IMG/VR virus record: IMGVR_UViG_3300044959_000414 | Length of the DNA: 29,729 bases | Source: a virus | Lineage: Duplodnaviria; Caudoviricetes | Strand: one strand, 5' to 3' | Part shown: one piece after another, positions 1 through 8,543 of the stretch | Layout: each line of letters begins with the position of its first letter | Numbering within the stretch: position 1 is the first letter of the stretch | The notes under the pieces: generated by a model | Seen by the model: the letters and a program-made list of their open reading frames with translations, nothing else | What the model was told of the DNA's origin: nothing | Databases searched by the model: none | Made by a program: the position numbers and the translations under genes

Positions 1-1608
1 TCATAAGGGCTCCCAGGTGAAGTCGAATTGCCAGTACGCGCCGACGTGGTACAGCGGGTCGTTCGTGCTGGCGGACAGCTCGATCAGGTGCTCGCCGGCA
101 GGCAGGTCGATGGAGCCGCCGGCCGTGGCCTGGCGCATGGTGCAACCGCCGCCTTCCTGGTAGGAGCCGCCCGAGGCGACCAACTGACCGTTGACGCGGG
201 CCTCGGCCTGCTCGTAGCCGGCGTTCTGAGTCTCGACCAGGCCGGTCATGCTGACCCGCAGGCGCTGCGGAGTGCCGAGGCAGACGCGGCGCGAGGCGGT
301 GCCGGACTGCGTGTTGGAGTTGGGGCCGCCGCAGTTGGCCGAATCCTCGAAGCTGATGCGGACGGACCAGCCGTCGCCCGACCAAGAGGCCCCGCCGAAG
401 GCTTGCTTCTCCCAGGCGTACTCGGGGCACGAGCCGCTGCCGGACGGCCCGGTCGCCGACCCGAGGCCGGAGGAACCGCCCGAGTCGGAGCCGGTCGATC
501 CCGACCCGGAAGTCTCGCCCGGTCCCGAACCGCCGGGCGCGGAAGCGCTACCCGGAACCGAACCGGGGAGGGAGCCGCCACTCGACCCCACGGAGCTGCC
601 GGACGCAGGCCCGCTGGTCGCGCCCGAACCGGCGGGACCGGAACCGCTGCCCGCACCCGAGGAGCCGATCCCCGAGGACCCGACGCCGGAGCTGGCCGCG
701 GACCCGATGCCGCTGCCGGATGCGGACCCCGAGCCGGGGGCGCCGCTGGATGCGGAACCAGACCCCGGCACCGAGCCGCTTCCCGAGGCGCTGCCCGCGG
801 CCGATCCCGACCCGCTGCCGCCCGACGAGCCGCTCGGGCCACTGGTAGCGCCGCTGGTGCCCGAGCCCAAGCCACTCGTTCCGCTCGTGCCCGAGGTTCC
901 TGAGCCCGCGGAGCCACTGGCCGAGCCGGAGCCGCTCACCGATCCGCTCACGCCCGAACTTGCTCCCGACTGACCGCTTGACCCCGCGCCGCTGCCGGAG
1001 GAGCCGCTGACGCCGGAGCCATCGCCCGACGAGCCGCTCAGGCCGGAACTCACACCGGACGACCCGAGCGATCCCGACGAGCCACTCACCCCCGAGCTTG
1101 GCCCCGAAGAACCCACAGACCCGCTGAGGCCGGAACTCTCGCCCGACGAGCCCGACAGGCCCGACGACCCGCTGCCGCCCGAGCTTGCCCCGGAAGAACC
1201 AGAACCTTCTCCCGACGAGCCACTGAAACCGGAGTCCCCGGAGGAGCCGCTCAGACCGGAACTTTCGCCCGACGACCCGCTGAACCCCGAGCTTTCGCCG
1301 GATGAGCCGCTTTCCCCGGACGACCCGCTCGACGATTCCAGGCAGCAGCCGAGCGCGTACACCGGCACGTTGTCCGCCGTCATGCCGACGAAGCGCATCA
1401 GGTAGCGGCCGATGCGTGGGAACTCGCAGGTGGAGTAGCCGTAGAGCGGCACGCCGCCCTTCAGCCCCAAGAACCGGGCCAGCACGCGGGGCACGGACGA
1501 CCGAAACGCTGCCGGCCCCGAACCCGAGCCGGGGCAGCCGAGCGCGTAGACCGGCACGCTGCCCTTCGGCCCCACGAACCGCGCCAGGTATCGCTGCGGC
1601 AGGATCAT
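1..1608 (-). CDS. Ser/Gly-rich putative tail fibre or receptor-binding protein (535 aa)
   Basis: ATG at 1608 overlaps the upstream stop (ATGA). Three N-terminal R-x-L-x-RF-x-G...VP-x-Y...C repeats, about 300 aa of S/G linker and a ~140 aa C-terminal Cys-containing globular domain. Function is inferred from position at the end of the tail module. Confidence 0.6.
   Translation of the reverse strand: MILPQRYLARFVGPKGSVPVYALGCPGSGSGPAAFRSSVPRVLARFLGLKGGVPLYGYSTCEFPRIGRYLMRFVGMTADNVPVYALGCCLESSSGSSGESGSSGESSGFSGSSGESSGLSGSSGDSGFSGSSGEGSGSSGASSGGSGSSGLSGSSGESSGLSGSVGSSGPSSGVSGSSGSLGSSGVSSGLSGSSGDGSGVSGSSGSGAGSSGQSGASSGVSGSVSGSGSASGSAGSGTSGTSGTSGLGSGTSGATSGPSGSSGGSGSGSAAGSASGSGSVPGSGSASSGAPGSGSASGSGIGSAASSGVGSSGIGSSGAGSGSGPAGSGATSGPASGSSVGSSGGSLPGSVPGSASAPGGSGPGETSGSGSTGSDSGGSSGLGSATGPSGSGSCPEYAWEKQAFGGASWSGDGWSVRISFEDSANCGGPNSNTQSGTASRRVCLGTPQRLRVSMTGLVETQNAGYEQAEARVNGQLVASGGSYQEGGGCTMRQATAGGSIDLPAGEHLIELSASTNDPLYHVGAYWQFDFTWEPL
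430..1338 (-). repeat. Low-complexity Ser/Gly coding repeat (SSGESSGLSG-like units)
   Basis: Degenerate tandem units visible in both protein and DNA (recurring gagccgct / cccgacgagcc). Confidence 0.9.
1345..1593 (-). repeat. Three ~20-aa N-terminal repeats
   Basis: RYLARFVGPKGSVPVYALGC / RVLARFLGLKGGVPLYGYSTC / RYLMRFVGMTADNVPVYALGC. DNA 1534-1560 and 1345-1371 match at 25 of 27 positions. Confidence 0.85.
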
Positions 1609-2285
1609 TGGTTGATGTCCAGCACCTTGCACTCGAACAGCGTCTGCCAGGTCTTCGTGTCCACGTCGTAGCGCTGCACCTCGCCGGGGTAGTAGCCGTC
1701 GGAGTCGGGCACGTTGCCAGTGATGAGCACATGGGCCTCGTAGTCGCCGTCGTCAAGCCGCACCACGGCCCAGCGCTCGGTCGAGCCCGTCGCCTCGATC
1801 CACAGCACTCGCGCCGAGCCGTGCGGCACGTTCCGCAAGGCCTGCGTGTTGCCGTCGATGATTTCGGCACAGTCGTAGAGCTGTCCGGGATCGACCTGCA
1901 GGCGCACCGGCACGACCCCGGCGACCACCGCCAGCCCGATCTTGCTGGCCGCGACCGGCTCCAGCAGCACAGCGAACTTCCCCTTGTGCTCGTTCTTGGC
2001 GGGAACGACCCCCTCGAACGTCACCTGCCGCTTGAACTCGGTCTCGTTGTTGGCCGGGAGGATGATCGGCTCGGTCAGGCCCAGCACGGCGAACCGCCCC
2101 CGGTCCGCCCCCGAGGCGTTCTTCACCTTGACGATGCCGCTCTGCCGGAAGAACTGCGACGCTTCCGTCCCGAACTGCTTGTGCTCGCGCGCGGCGCGGG
2201 CGGCGTCGAGGAAGGCGTTGAACGCCTCGGCGGTGATCTCCAGCCGCTGGCCGGGCTGGACCTTCTTGAAGGCGTCGCCGGCCAT
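1605..2285 (-). CDS. Tail-tip-associated hypothetical protein (226 aa)
   Basis: Start MAGDAFKKV at ATG 2285 overlaps the upstream stop (TGATG). Beta-rich; lies two genes after the tape measure. Confidence 0.7.
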   Translation of the reverse strand: MAGDAFKKVQPGQRLEITAEAFNAFLDAARAAREHKQFGTEASQFFRQSGIVKVKNASGADRGRFAVLGLTEPIILPANNETEFKRQVTFEGVVPAKNEHKGKFAVLLEPVAASKIGLAVVAGVVPVRLQVDPGQLYDCAEIIDGNTQALRNVPHGSARVLWIEATGSTERWAVVRLDDGDYEAHVLITGNVPDSDGYYPGEVQRYDVDTKTWQTLFECKVLDINQ

Positions 2286-3076
2286 CAGGTGCCGATCCCC
2301 AAGAGTGAGAAATCCCCATACGGGTAGACCTGCTCCACGTAGACCGCCGCCGGCTGCTTGACCAGCACGTCCTCGTCCTCGGCGTCCTGGTAGCGGACCC
2401 AGAGGTACTCCCAGCCCTTCTTGTCGATCCCAGTGATGTCGCCGATGGTCAGCCCGACGGCGTTCGGGCTGGCGGCGAAGCTGAAGGTGATCTCCCAGTC
2501 CTCCTGGCCGCGCTGCGAGCCGGAGGCGCCTTGAAAAAGCACCTCGCCGGGCGCAAAGCCCTTGAACGGCGCGGCGTTGACCTTGCCGGTGAGGTAGAAG
2601 AGGGCCGCCTTGTAGGCGGGCGTGACCAGCGCGACGGGGATGTAGTGCGTCTCCTTGAAGTTGTAGACCGGGATGGTGATGTCGGTCCCCTCGACCGAGT
2701 CGTTGTTGACGCCGATCGCGCCCTTGAAGTCGGGCGGGTCCTCGCCGGGCGGGGCGTAGCTGGCGACCGTCTGCAGGCTCTGCGTGATGTGGGTCGTGCC
2801 GCCGCCGGTGTCGAACGAGAACGACGACTCGCCGGGCTGCTTCGGCTCCAGCTTGCCGTAGCGGACCGAGACCTCCCACAGGCCGCTTCCCTGGTGCGAG
2901 ATGTGGTAATTCTGGAACACCAGGCCCGCGTAGATGGCGGGGATCGTGGCCTCAACGAGGGTGCGCACGGCCGCGTCGTCTTCCGTGCCATCGACGACGT
3001 ACAGTAGCTCCACGGACGGGTTCTCGACCCCGACCGTGGTCTCGCGGCTGTCGTACTTCTCGATGATCACCGCCAT
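2285..3076 (-). CDS. Putative distal tail or hub protein (263 aa)
   Basis: Immediately downstream of the tape measure, GAGGA RBS, beta-rich acidic sequence. Role is positional inference. Confidence 0.65.
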   Translation of the reverse strand: MAVIIEKYDSRETTVGVENPSVELLYVVDGTEDDAAVRTLVEATIPAIYAGLVFQNYHISHQGSGLWEVSVRYGKLEPKQPGESSFSFDTGGGTTHITQSLQTVASYAPPGEDPPDFKGAIGVNNDSVEGTDITIPVYNFKETHYIPVALVTPAYKAALFYLTGKVNAAPFKGFAPGEVLFQGASGSQRGQEDWEITFSFAASPNAVGLTIGDITGIDKKGWEYLWVRYQDAEDEDVLVKQPAAVYVEQVYPYGDFSLLGIGT

Positions 3077-3086
3077 CGATCATTCC

Positions 3087-5063
3087 TCACGCGAAGACCA
3101 ATCCGCCGTTCTGGGCCTCCCGCACGAGCTGCCCGGTGTTGCGCGCGACCTGTTCGCTGGCCCGTGCGGTGCGCTCGGCTAGGCTGTCGGAGCCGAGGCC
3201 CGCCACGGCGAAGGCGCTGAACGTCCCCTTCACGTCGGTCTTGGCCTCGGCCTCGTCCAGGCCCTCCAGGTCGAACTCAGGCCGCCGCTGCTGCTCGCGG
3301 TCCATTGCCTCCAGCGCCCGCTCCAGCTCCATCTGCTCACGCTGCGCGGCCAGCTCCGCGGCGCGCTCCTCCAGGGCGCGCTGGGCCGCAGCCACGCGCT
3401 CCTGGTCGGCGGCGTTGGCGGCTTCGATCTCCCGCTGCCGCTCGCGTCGCTCTTCCTCCTGCATCTGGTTCAGGGCCTCCTCGCGCTGCCGCCCCGCTTC
3501 CCGCGCCTGATCGACGCGCCGGGCGCGCTCCCGCACGCGGCGGTCGAGGCGCTCGCGGGCCTCGCGATTCTGCTGCTCGACCTCGCGGTTGATGGCCTCA
3601 ACCTCGCGCCGGGCGGTGGACGGGCTGAACAGGTTCCGCACTCGCGCCCAGGCCCGGCGGAAGAAGCCGACGAACTCGTTGAAGGCGATCTGCAGGCCGG
3701 TGCAGAAGGTGTCCCAGCCGTCGGCCAGGGCGTTGACCACCGTCCAGAAGGCGACCTCGATCCCGGTCCAGGCGGTGTTGAAGGCGCGGGCGACGGCGTA
3801 GACGGCGCTCCAGAACAGCTCGACGAAGAACGACTTGAAGCGCCGCCACGCCGCACTGATGGCGGCGATGCCCGCCTCCCACACGACCTGGATGCCGAGC
3901 CAGGCGACCTCCATCGCCCCGGCCAGATCGCCGGCGGCAATGGCATCCTGAATCCCCTGCCAGGCTGTGCCTGCCGCGCCCAGGAGCTGGTCGAACCCTT
4001 GCCCCAGCGCCTCCAGGGCCATGTTCCCCTCGTCGGTGGCGAAGAGGACGGCGGCGGCGATGCCGCCCACGGCCGCGACCACCAGGCCGATCGGAGACAG
4101 AAGAAGACCAATGGCCACGGCCAGCAGCTTGACAGCGACAACGGCGGCAGAGATGGCGAAAGTCACCACGCTGATGGCCGAAGCGACGACGTAGATGATG
4201 CCGCCGAGGGCCATCAGCGCCGCGCCGATCCCGATGACCGCGGCGATGACGGCGGCGATGATCGTGACCGTCTCGCGGTTCTCGTCGATCCAGCGCGCGA
4301 CGTTGGCAGCGACCCGCGTGATCCACTCGGCGACCTGCTTGAGCGTGGGCGCCAGCGCGGCGCCGACCATGAATACGACCTGCTTGAGCGCCCGCCACAG
4401 TTGCGACATGGCGTCGCCGAACTCCTCGGCCGCCTGGGCGTCCTCGGTGCTCATGGTCAGGCCCAGGCCGTTCGCCTCGCGGCGCAGCTCCTGGATGCCT
4501 TGCGCCCCCGTCGAGAGCAGCGGCAGCAGATTGGCCCCCGAGCGGCCGAAGATCTCCATCGCCAGCGTGGCGCGGTTGGCCGGGTTCTGGATGCGCGACA
4601 GGCGGTCGGCGATCAGCTCGAACTGCTGGTCGGGCGACAGGCCGGTCAGGTCGGCGATGGTCAGCCCCAGCCTCGACAGGTTCCGCCGGCCCTGCGCCGA
4701 CCCGCGGGCGGCCTCGATGATGCTCCGGCTCATCGTGCGGAGGCCCTTCTCCAGGTCCTCCGCGCCGGAGCCCGACTGCTCGGCGGCGTAGCGCAGCTCA
4801 GACAGTGCCTCCACCGCCACGCCCGTCCGCTGCGACATGTCGAGCATGTCGCTGCCCATGTCCGCGAACAGCTTGGCCGCGCCCAGGAAGGGGAGCGCGA
4901 GCGTGGTCCCCAGGCCCACGATCCCCGCCCCCACCGACATGATGCTCGCGCCGAACGCCTTTAGCCTCGCGGCCGCGGCGTTGAGCCCCTTGACGAGCCG
5001 GCTGTCCTTGACGAACAACTCGACGTAGGCGGCACCGGCGCGAATCCCCGAAGCGGCGGCCAT
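3087..5063 (-). CDS. Tail tape measure protein (658 aa)
   Basis: N-terminal IRAGAAYVELF motif, TMP core (LSELRYAAEQSG, AMEIFGRSGANLLPLL), hydrophobic Ala/Gly/Ile stretch, Trp-spaced repeats and C-terminal coiled coil. AGGAGG RBS. Confidence 0.9.
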   Translation of the reverse strand: MAAASGIRAGAAYVELFVKDSRLVKGLNAAAARLKAFGASIMSVGAGIVGLGTTLALPFLGAAKLFADMGSDMLDMSQRTGVAVEALSELRYAAEQSGSGAEDLEKGLRTMSRSIIEAARGSAQGRRNLSRLGLTIADLTGLSPDQQFELIADRLSRIQNPANRATLAMEIFGRSGANLLPLLSTGAQGIQELRREANGLGLTMSTEDAQAAEEFGDAMSQLWRALKQVVFMVGAALAPTLKQVAEWITRVAANVARWIDENRETVTIIAAVIAAVIGIGAALMALGGIIYVVASAISVVTFAISAAVVAVKLLAVAIGLLLSPIGLVVAAVGGIAAAVLFATDEGNMALEALGQGFDQLLGAAGTAWQGIQDAIAAGDLAGAMEVAWLGIQVVWEAGIAAISAAWRRFKSFFVELFWSAVYAVARAFNTAWTGIEVAFWTVVNALADGWDTFCTGLQIAFNEFVGFFRRAWARVRNLFSPSTARREVEAINREVEQQNREARERLDRRVRERARRVDQAREAGRQREEALNQMQEEERRERQREIEAANAADQERVAAAQRALEERAAELAAQREQMELERALEAMDREQQRRPEFDLEGLDEAEAKTDVKGTFSAFAVAGLGSDSLAERTARASEQVARNTGQLVREAQNGGLVFA

Positions 5064-5065
5064 CC

Positions 5066-5345
5066 TCACCTCCTGTCCACGAACACCTGCTTGAGCACCT
5101 CAATCGACGCCTTGCGCACCGGCAGCTCCCGCCGGCGCTGGTAGGGGTTGAAGTCCGCCGGCTTGTAGGGCGTGGGCTTTTTCCGGTGGTCGCGGTGGAC
5201 GTTGGCCGTCAGCGCCAGCAGGGCGGAGGTGTGCGCCCAGCGCTCGCGGCTCCGGGCCTCGGCCATCAGGCAGAGTTCCCGGAGGGTGAAGGGCCCGGGG
5301 TCGATTCCGAGGACTCCGGCGCAATGCCAAATGAGCGTAACAACC
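5066..5345 (-). CDS. Tail assembly chaperone C-terminal extension (gpT-like; -1 frameshift product or 66-aa ORF from ATG 5266)
   Basis: The -1 frame reads IWHCAGVLGIDPGPFTLRELCLMAEAR...PADFNPY and sits between the chaperone and tape measure. The 5' end is uncertain. Confidence 0.65.
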
Positions 5346-5766
5346 TGTTCGCTTCGCGGTCGGCGTCGAACGTCTCCAGGACCTTCTCGGCCTGGCCCAG
5401 CAGCCGGTCCCGGACCTTCCGACTCTCGGCCACGATCTTCCGCAGGCTGCTCCGCGCCCTCGCTTCGGGGAAAAAATCGATCAGCTCCTCCAGGAAGGCG
5501 TCGGTCGCCAGGGTGATGGCGTCGCCCGCCAGCGCCCGGCCGAAGTCCTCGTCGCTGACCTTCTTGGCGTCCGCCTCGTCCTTGCAGAGGCAGTACAGCA
5601 CGTCCGCGAGCATCACCGGGTCGCCGACCAGGGCGCCCAGCGGCTTGAAGCCGTCGTCCACCAGCTTGTACAGGTCGACATTGAGCAGGCCCCGGACGCG
5701 CTTGATCGCCGCCACGTTGATGGCGATGGTCCAGGTCCGCCCCGCGTTGTCGTTGAAGGTCCGCAT
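5266..5766 (-). CDS. Tail assembly chaperone (gpG-like, 166 aa)
   Basis: Start MRTFNDNAG with GGAG RBS, upstream of the tape measure. Contains LIDFF encoded over a T TTT TTC slippery heptamer. Confidence 0.75.
   Translation of the reverse strand: MRTFNDNAGRTWTIAINVAAIKRVRGLLNVDLYKLVDDGFKPLGALVGDPVMLADVLYCLCKDEADAKKVSDEDFGRALAGDAITLATDAFLEELIDFFPEARARSSLRKIVAESRKVRDRLLGQAEKVLETFDADREANRLLRSFGIAPESSESTPGPSPSGNSA
5470..5476 (-). other. Candidate -1 ribosomal frameshift heptamer T TTT TTC
   Basis: X XXY YYZ pattern in the correct frame; the -1 frame stays open to 5066. Confidence 0.5.
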
Positions 5767-5783
5767 CGATTGCTCCCGGCGAT

Positions 5784-6821
5784 TCACTTGGCCACACGGA
5801 TCGGGATCGGAACCGGCTGCCATTCGTCGTCGAGGTCGCCAGGCCAGGGCCGGAGGGGGATCGGGACCGGCGTCCAGACCTCCTCGGCATCAGCCGCCTT
5901 GGGCCGGGTCCGCTGGGCAACTTCCGCTGAGCAGCCCCACATCGACACCTTGCGGCCCATACCGCTGGTGCAGCAGACCACCGAGACGAGTTCGTTGGTG
6001 TCGCTGCGGAAGATGCCGCCGCCGGAGTCGCCCGACGACACGCTCAGGTTCATCCGCAGCTGGCCCTGGCCGTTCTCGCGCTCGACAACGGTGCCGTCTT
6101 CGCGGTTGCCCGGCCTGTCCACGCCATAGCCCATGTGCCAGATCGCCGTGCCCGGCTCGGGGTTCTTGGCGGCAATTAGGGCGTAGGGCAGGTCCGCGAC
6201 CTCCTCTTCGGTCACGCACCAGGCCACATCCGGGGTCTTGTGATGGGCGACCACCCGCAGGCCCAGCGACCGGCCGTCCTTGAGCGTGAGCGTGCCGCGC
6301 TGCCCCACGTCCGACACGCAGTGGGCGGCGGTCAGCACGTCCCAGCGGCCGTCGGGCCGACGCGGGCCGATCACCGTGGCCGTGCAGCCGGCGTTGCCGA
6401 AGCGAATGCGGCCCAGGGCGCCCGCCGGGTCGAGCTTGCCGCCGCCCGGCGGCTTGGGGTCGGGCTTCGGCGGTGCCGGTGGGGTGGGCGGGACTGGTTG
6501 ACACTGCTCGATCTCCACCGTGACGCGCGCCTCGTCCACCTGCAGGCTGTCGCCCACGGTCCGAATGGCCAGCAGCTCGACCTCGTAGTTGCCGGGGTGG
6601 GCGGCGAACTCCAGGACGCCCCGCGGCGTGGTCGCGCGCTCGACGCCCTTCGAGGGATGAACGCGCCACAGGAGCGCGGCCTTGGCGTCCACGCCCTCGG
6701 CGCGGAGGCGGACCAGGGAGTGCGGCTTGTACTTCGTCTCGCCCGTGATGCGGAGCGTGTCCGCCCGCGCCGCGGCGGGAGCGAAAACCAGAACCAGGGA
6801 AACCAAAAGCATCGAACGCAT
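5784..6821 (-). CDS. Secreted trypsin-like serine protease (345 aa)
   Basis: Signal peptide MRSMLLVSLVLVFAPAAARA, beta-rich N-domain, Pro-rich linker, catalytic motifs VLTAAHC (His), PDVAW (Asp) and GDSGGG (Ser). GGAGG RBS. Confidence 0.85.
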   Translation of the reverse strand: MRSMLLVSLVLVFAPAAARADTLRITGETKYKPHSLVRLRAEGVDAKAALLWRVHPSKGVERATTPRGVLEFAAHPGNYEVELLAIRTVGDSLQVDEARVTVEIEQCQPVPPTPPAPPKPDPKPPGGGKLDPAGALGRIRFGNAGCTATVIGPRRPDGRWDVLTAAHCVSDVGQRGTLTLKDGRSLGLRVVAHHKTPDVAWCVTEEEVADLPYALIAAKNPEPGTAIWHMGYGVDRPGNREDGTVVERENGQGQLRMNLSVSSGDSGGGIFRSDTNELVSVVCCTSGMGRKVSMWGCSAEVAQRTRPKAADAEEVWTPVPIPLRPWPGDLDDEWQPVPIPIRVAK

Positions 6822-6841
6822 GGTGCCTCCTCGGAGGTGGA

Positions 6842-7282
6842 TCAGGGAACGACCATCCAGACGGGCGGGTTGACAGAGTAGGTCGGCTTGACAGTGACGC
6901 TCACGGTGACCGCCTCCTCCAGCGGCTCGTTGCGGCTGAAGTTGGTGACCATGCAGGTGGCGCGAAGCCCTTGCGAGCCGGCCGTGGCGATGTCGCCGTC
7001 CATCACCGCGAACTCGACGGCCCCGCGGTTGAGGAAGGCGTCGCGGATCGCGCCGAAGTCGTCGTCCGTGGTGTCCCAGACCATCTCGAACTCGATGGAG
7101 CCGTCCTTGAGCGTGGCGACGGTGGCCCGCCAGCCGGCGTTGCCGCGGGTGGTCACGTCGGCCTCGCCCGCCTCCAGGTTCAGGGTCACGTCCTTGACGT
7201 TCTTGACCTCGTTCCAGACCGGGACGGCGAACGTGCCCGTGTTGCGGTAGAGCTTGGCGTCGAGGCCGAGTTTGACTGCCAT
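6842..7282 (-). CDS. Major tail tube protein (146 aa)
   Basis: WNEVKNVKDVTLNL...DVTTR...GW...TLKDGSIEFEMVWD...VTNFSRNEPLEEAVTVSVTVKP pattern typical of siphovirus tube proteins; position after the tail terminator. Confidence 0.8.
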   Translation of the reverse strand: MAVKLGLDAKLYRNTGTFAVPVWNEVKNVKDVTLNLEAGEADVTTRGNAGWRATVATLKDGSIEFEMVWDTTDDDFGAIRDAFLNRGAVEFAVMDGDIATAGSQGLRATCMVTNFSRNEPLEEAVTVSVTVKPTYSVNPPVWMVVP

Positions 7283-7294
7283 GAGCGTGTCTCC

Positions 7295-7726
7295 TTAGCG
7301 AACCGAGTCGCGCCACAGGGCCGGCAGCTTCGGCTTTTCCGCTTCCAATGCCGGCTGCATGAACGGCCGGGGCCGGTAGCGCACGTGCCGCGCCTTGCCG
7401 CCCTCCTTGAGCACTGCATCTCCGCCGTGCTCCAACAGCCGCGGCGCCTGGGACCCTTCCTTGGTCAGCGTCGGGCCGATGACCACGCTTCGGCGCTGCG
7501 GGTCGTAGGCGAACAGGATGAACTTCCGCAAGAGGCCTACGTGCGAGTAGGGCGGCGAGCCGGTCGGGCTGGTGCCCTTGCGCTTGCGGATCGAGGTCCT
7601 GGCCCGCTGCCGCACGAAGGCGCCGAACTTTGACAGCACCCTCCGGGTGCCGGCGTCTACCGACCGCTTGACCTTCTCACGGTCGAAGAAGCTGCCCTTG
7701 GCGGCCTGGAACGTCATGCCTATCAC
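7295..7726 (-). CDS. Neck or tail-completion protein (HK97 gp10-like, 143 aa)
   Basis: Basic protein with SPTGSPP, LLEHGG and RPRPFMQPALE motifs; position in the neck cluster. Confidence 0.7.
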   Translation of the reverse strand: MIGMTFQAAKGSFFDREKVKRSVDAGTRRVLSKFGAFVRQRARTSIRKRKGTSPTGSPPYSHVGLLRKFILFAYDPQRRSVVIGPTLTKEGSQAPRLLEHGGDAVLKEGGKARHVRYRPRPFMQPALEAEKPKLPALWRDSVR

Positions 7727-7729
7727 GGT

Positions 7730-8155
7730 TCACCTCCAGGCGCGGAAGGTCAGCGTGAGGACGCTGGTGAACTGCCGCAGCTCGTCCAGGTGCTCCAGCG
7801 CGTAGACCGGCTCGTGCTTGACCTCGACGCAGCGGGCGTTGGGGTAGCCGGCCAAAGGCTGCGTGCGGAAGTGGTCGGCGATCTCCTCGACCAGCGTCAT
7901 CAGCGCGTCGAGCGCCGCCTGGCTCATGTCGGTCTTCTTCTGAACCGCAACGTCGATCAGGTAATCGAAGCTGTCGCGGTTGCGGTCGAGCGACTTTGAG
8001 GCGAGCGACCGGGGTACGACGCTGACCTTCAGCTCGGTCATCTCCGACAGTTCAAACCGAGGCTGGTAATGCCGCTCGGCTGTGAGTGGTTGGCTGAACG
8101 GGGTCGCGTTCAGCTGGGCGACCACGGCGTCGGCGATGTCGAGGATCACGGCCAT
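7730..8155 (-). CDS. Putative tail terminator protein (141 aa)
   Basis: ILDIADAVVAQLN start, alpha/beta pattern and position between head-closure and neck genes. Confidence 0.6.
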   Translation of the reverse strand: MAVILDIADAVVAQLNATPFSQPLTAERHYQPRFELSEMTELKVSVVPRSLASKSLDRNRDSFDYLIDVAVQKKTDMSQAALDALMTLVEEIADHFRTQPLAGYPNARCVEVKHEPVYALEHLDELRQFTSVLTLTFRAWR

Positions 8156-8536
8156 CTACTCGATCCCCACCTGCTTCGTGTGAATCCGCAGCACCTTGCG
8201 AAACACATCCGACCAGCGCCAGGGCGGTTCCTTGCCCGGGGCCATCACCTCGTAGACGAAGGTCTTGGCTCCCTGCGTCTCGCGGATCAGGTCACCGCGT
8301 TCCGGCAGTGTCGGCGTGCTGCCCAGGACCAAGTCCGCCGCCTGGATGAGGAAGTCGCGGTCGGTCCACTCCATCCGCACGCCGCCGTAGCCGTCGTCGA
8401 GCTTCAGCAGTGTCCGCCCGACCGTGGCCTGCACCGCGACCTGTAGCGCGCCGCGGCGGTAGACGACCTGCCGCGAGGCGTGCGTCTTGAGCTGGTCGGC
8501 CAGCCAGTCGGAGCCGGTCTGCAAGAGGTCGGGCAT
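8156..8536 (-). CDS. Head-tail joining (head closure, gpFII-like) protein (126 aa)
   Basis: Beta-rich (VVYRRG, DFLI, PERGDLI, FVYEV); follows the capsid cement gene as in Gifsy-2-like heads. Confidence 0.65.
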   Translation of the reverse strand: MPDLLQTGSDWLADQLKTHASRQVVYRRGALQVAVQATVGRTLLKLDDGYGGVRMEWTDRDFLIQAADLVLGSTPTLPERGDLIRETQGAKTFVYEVMAPGKEPPWRWSDVFRKVLRIHTKQVGIE

Positions 8537-8543
8537 GGCGGCC

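Noticed and set aside
28-973. Pro/Glu-rich and Arg/Gly-rich plus-strand ORFs (248-973, 28-903)
   Set aside because: Reverse-complement artefacts of the Ser/Gly repeat.
430-1338. Possible CRISPR array, collagen-like fibre or DGR variable repeat
   Set aside because: Repeats are degenerate and codon-phased with no unique spacers, no G-X-Y period, no reverse transcriptase and no adenine-specific TR/VR pair.
4020-4270. Hydrophobic stretch suggesting a holin or membrane protein
   Set aside because: It is internal to the tape measure ORF, where such segments are normal.
5784-7316. 510-aa version of the protease and similar over-extended ORF-track starts (1605-2879, 8544-9164, 16050-17264, 21887-22510, 25590-27059)
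   Set aside because: The extensions overlap real upstream genes in another frame. Internal ATGs with an RBS or stop/start coupling give better starts.
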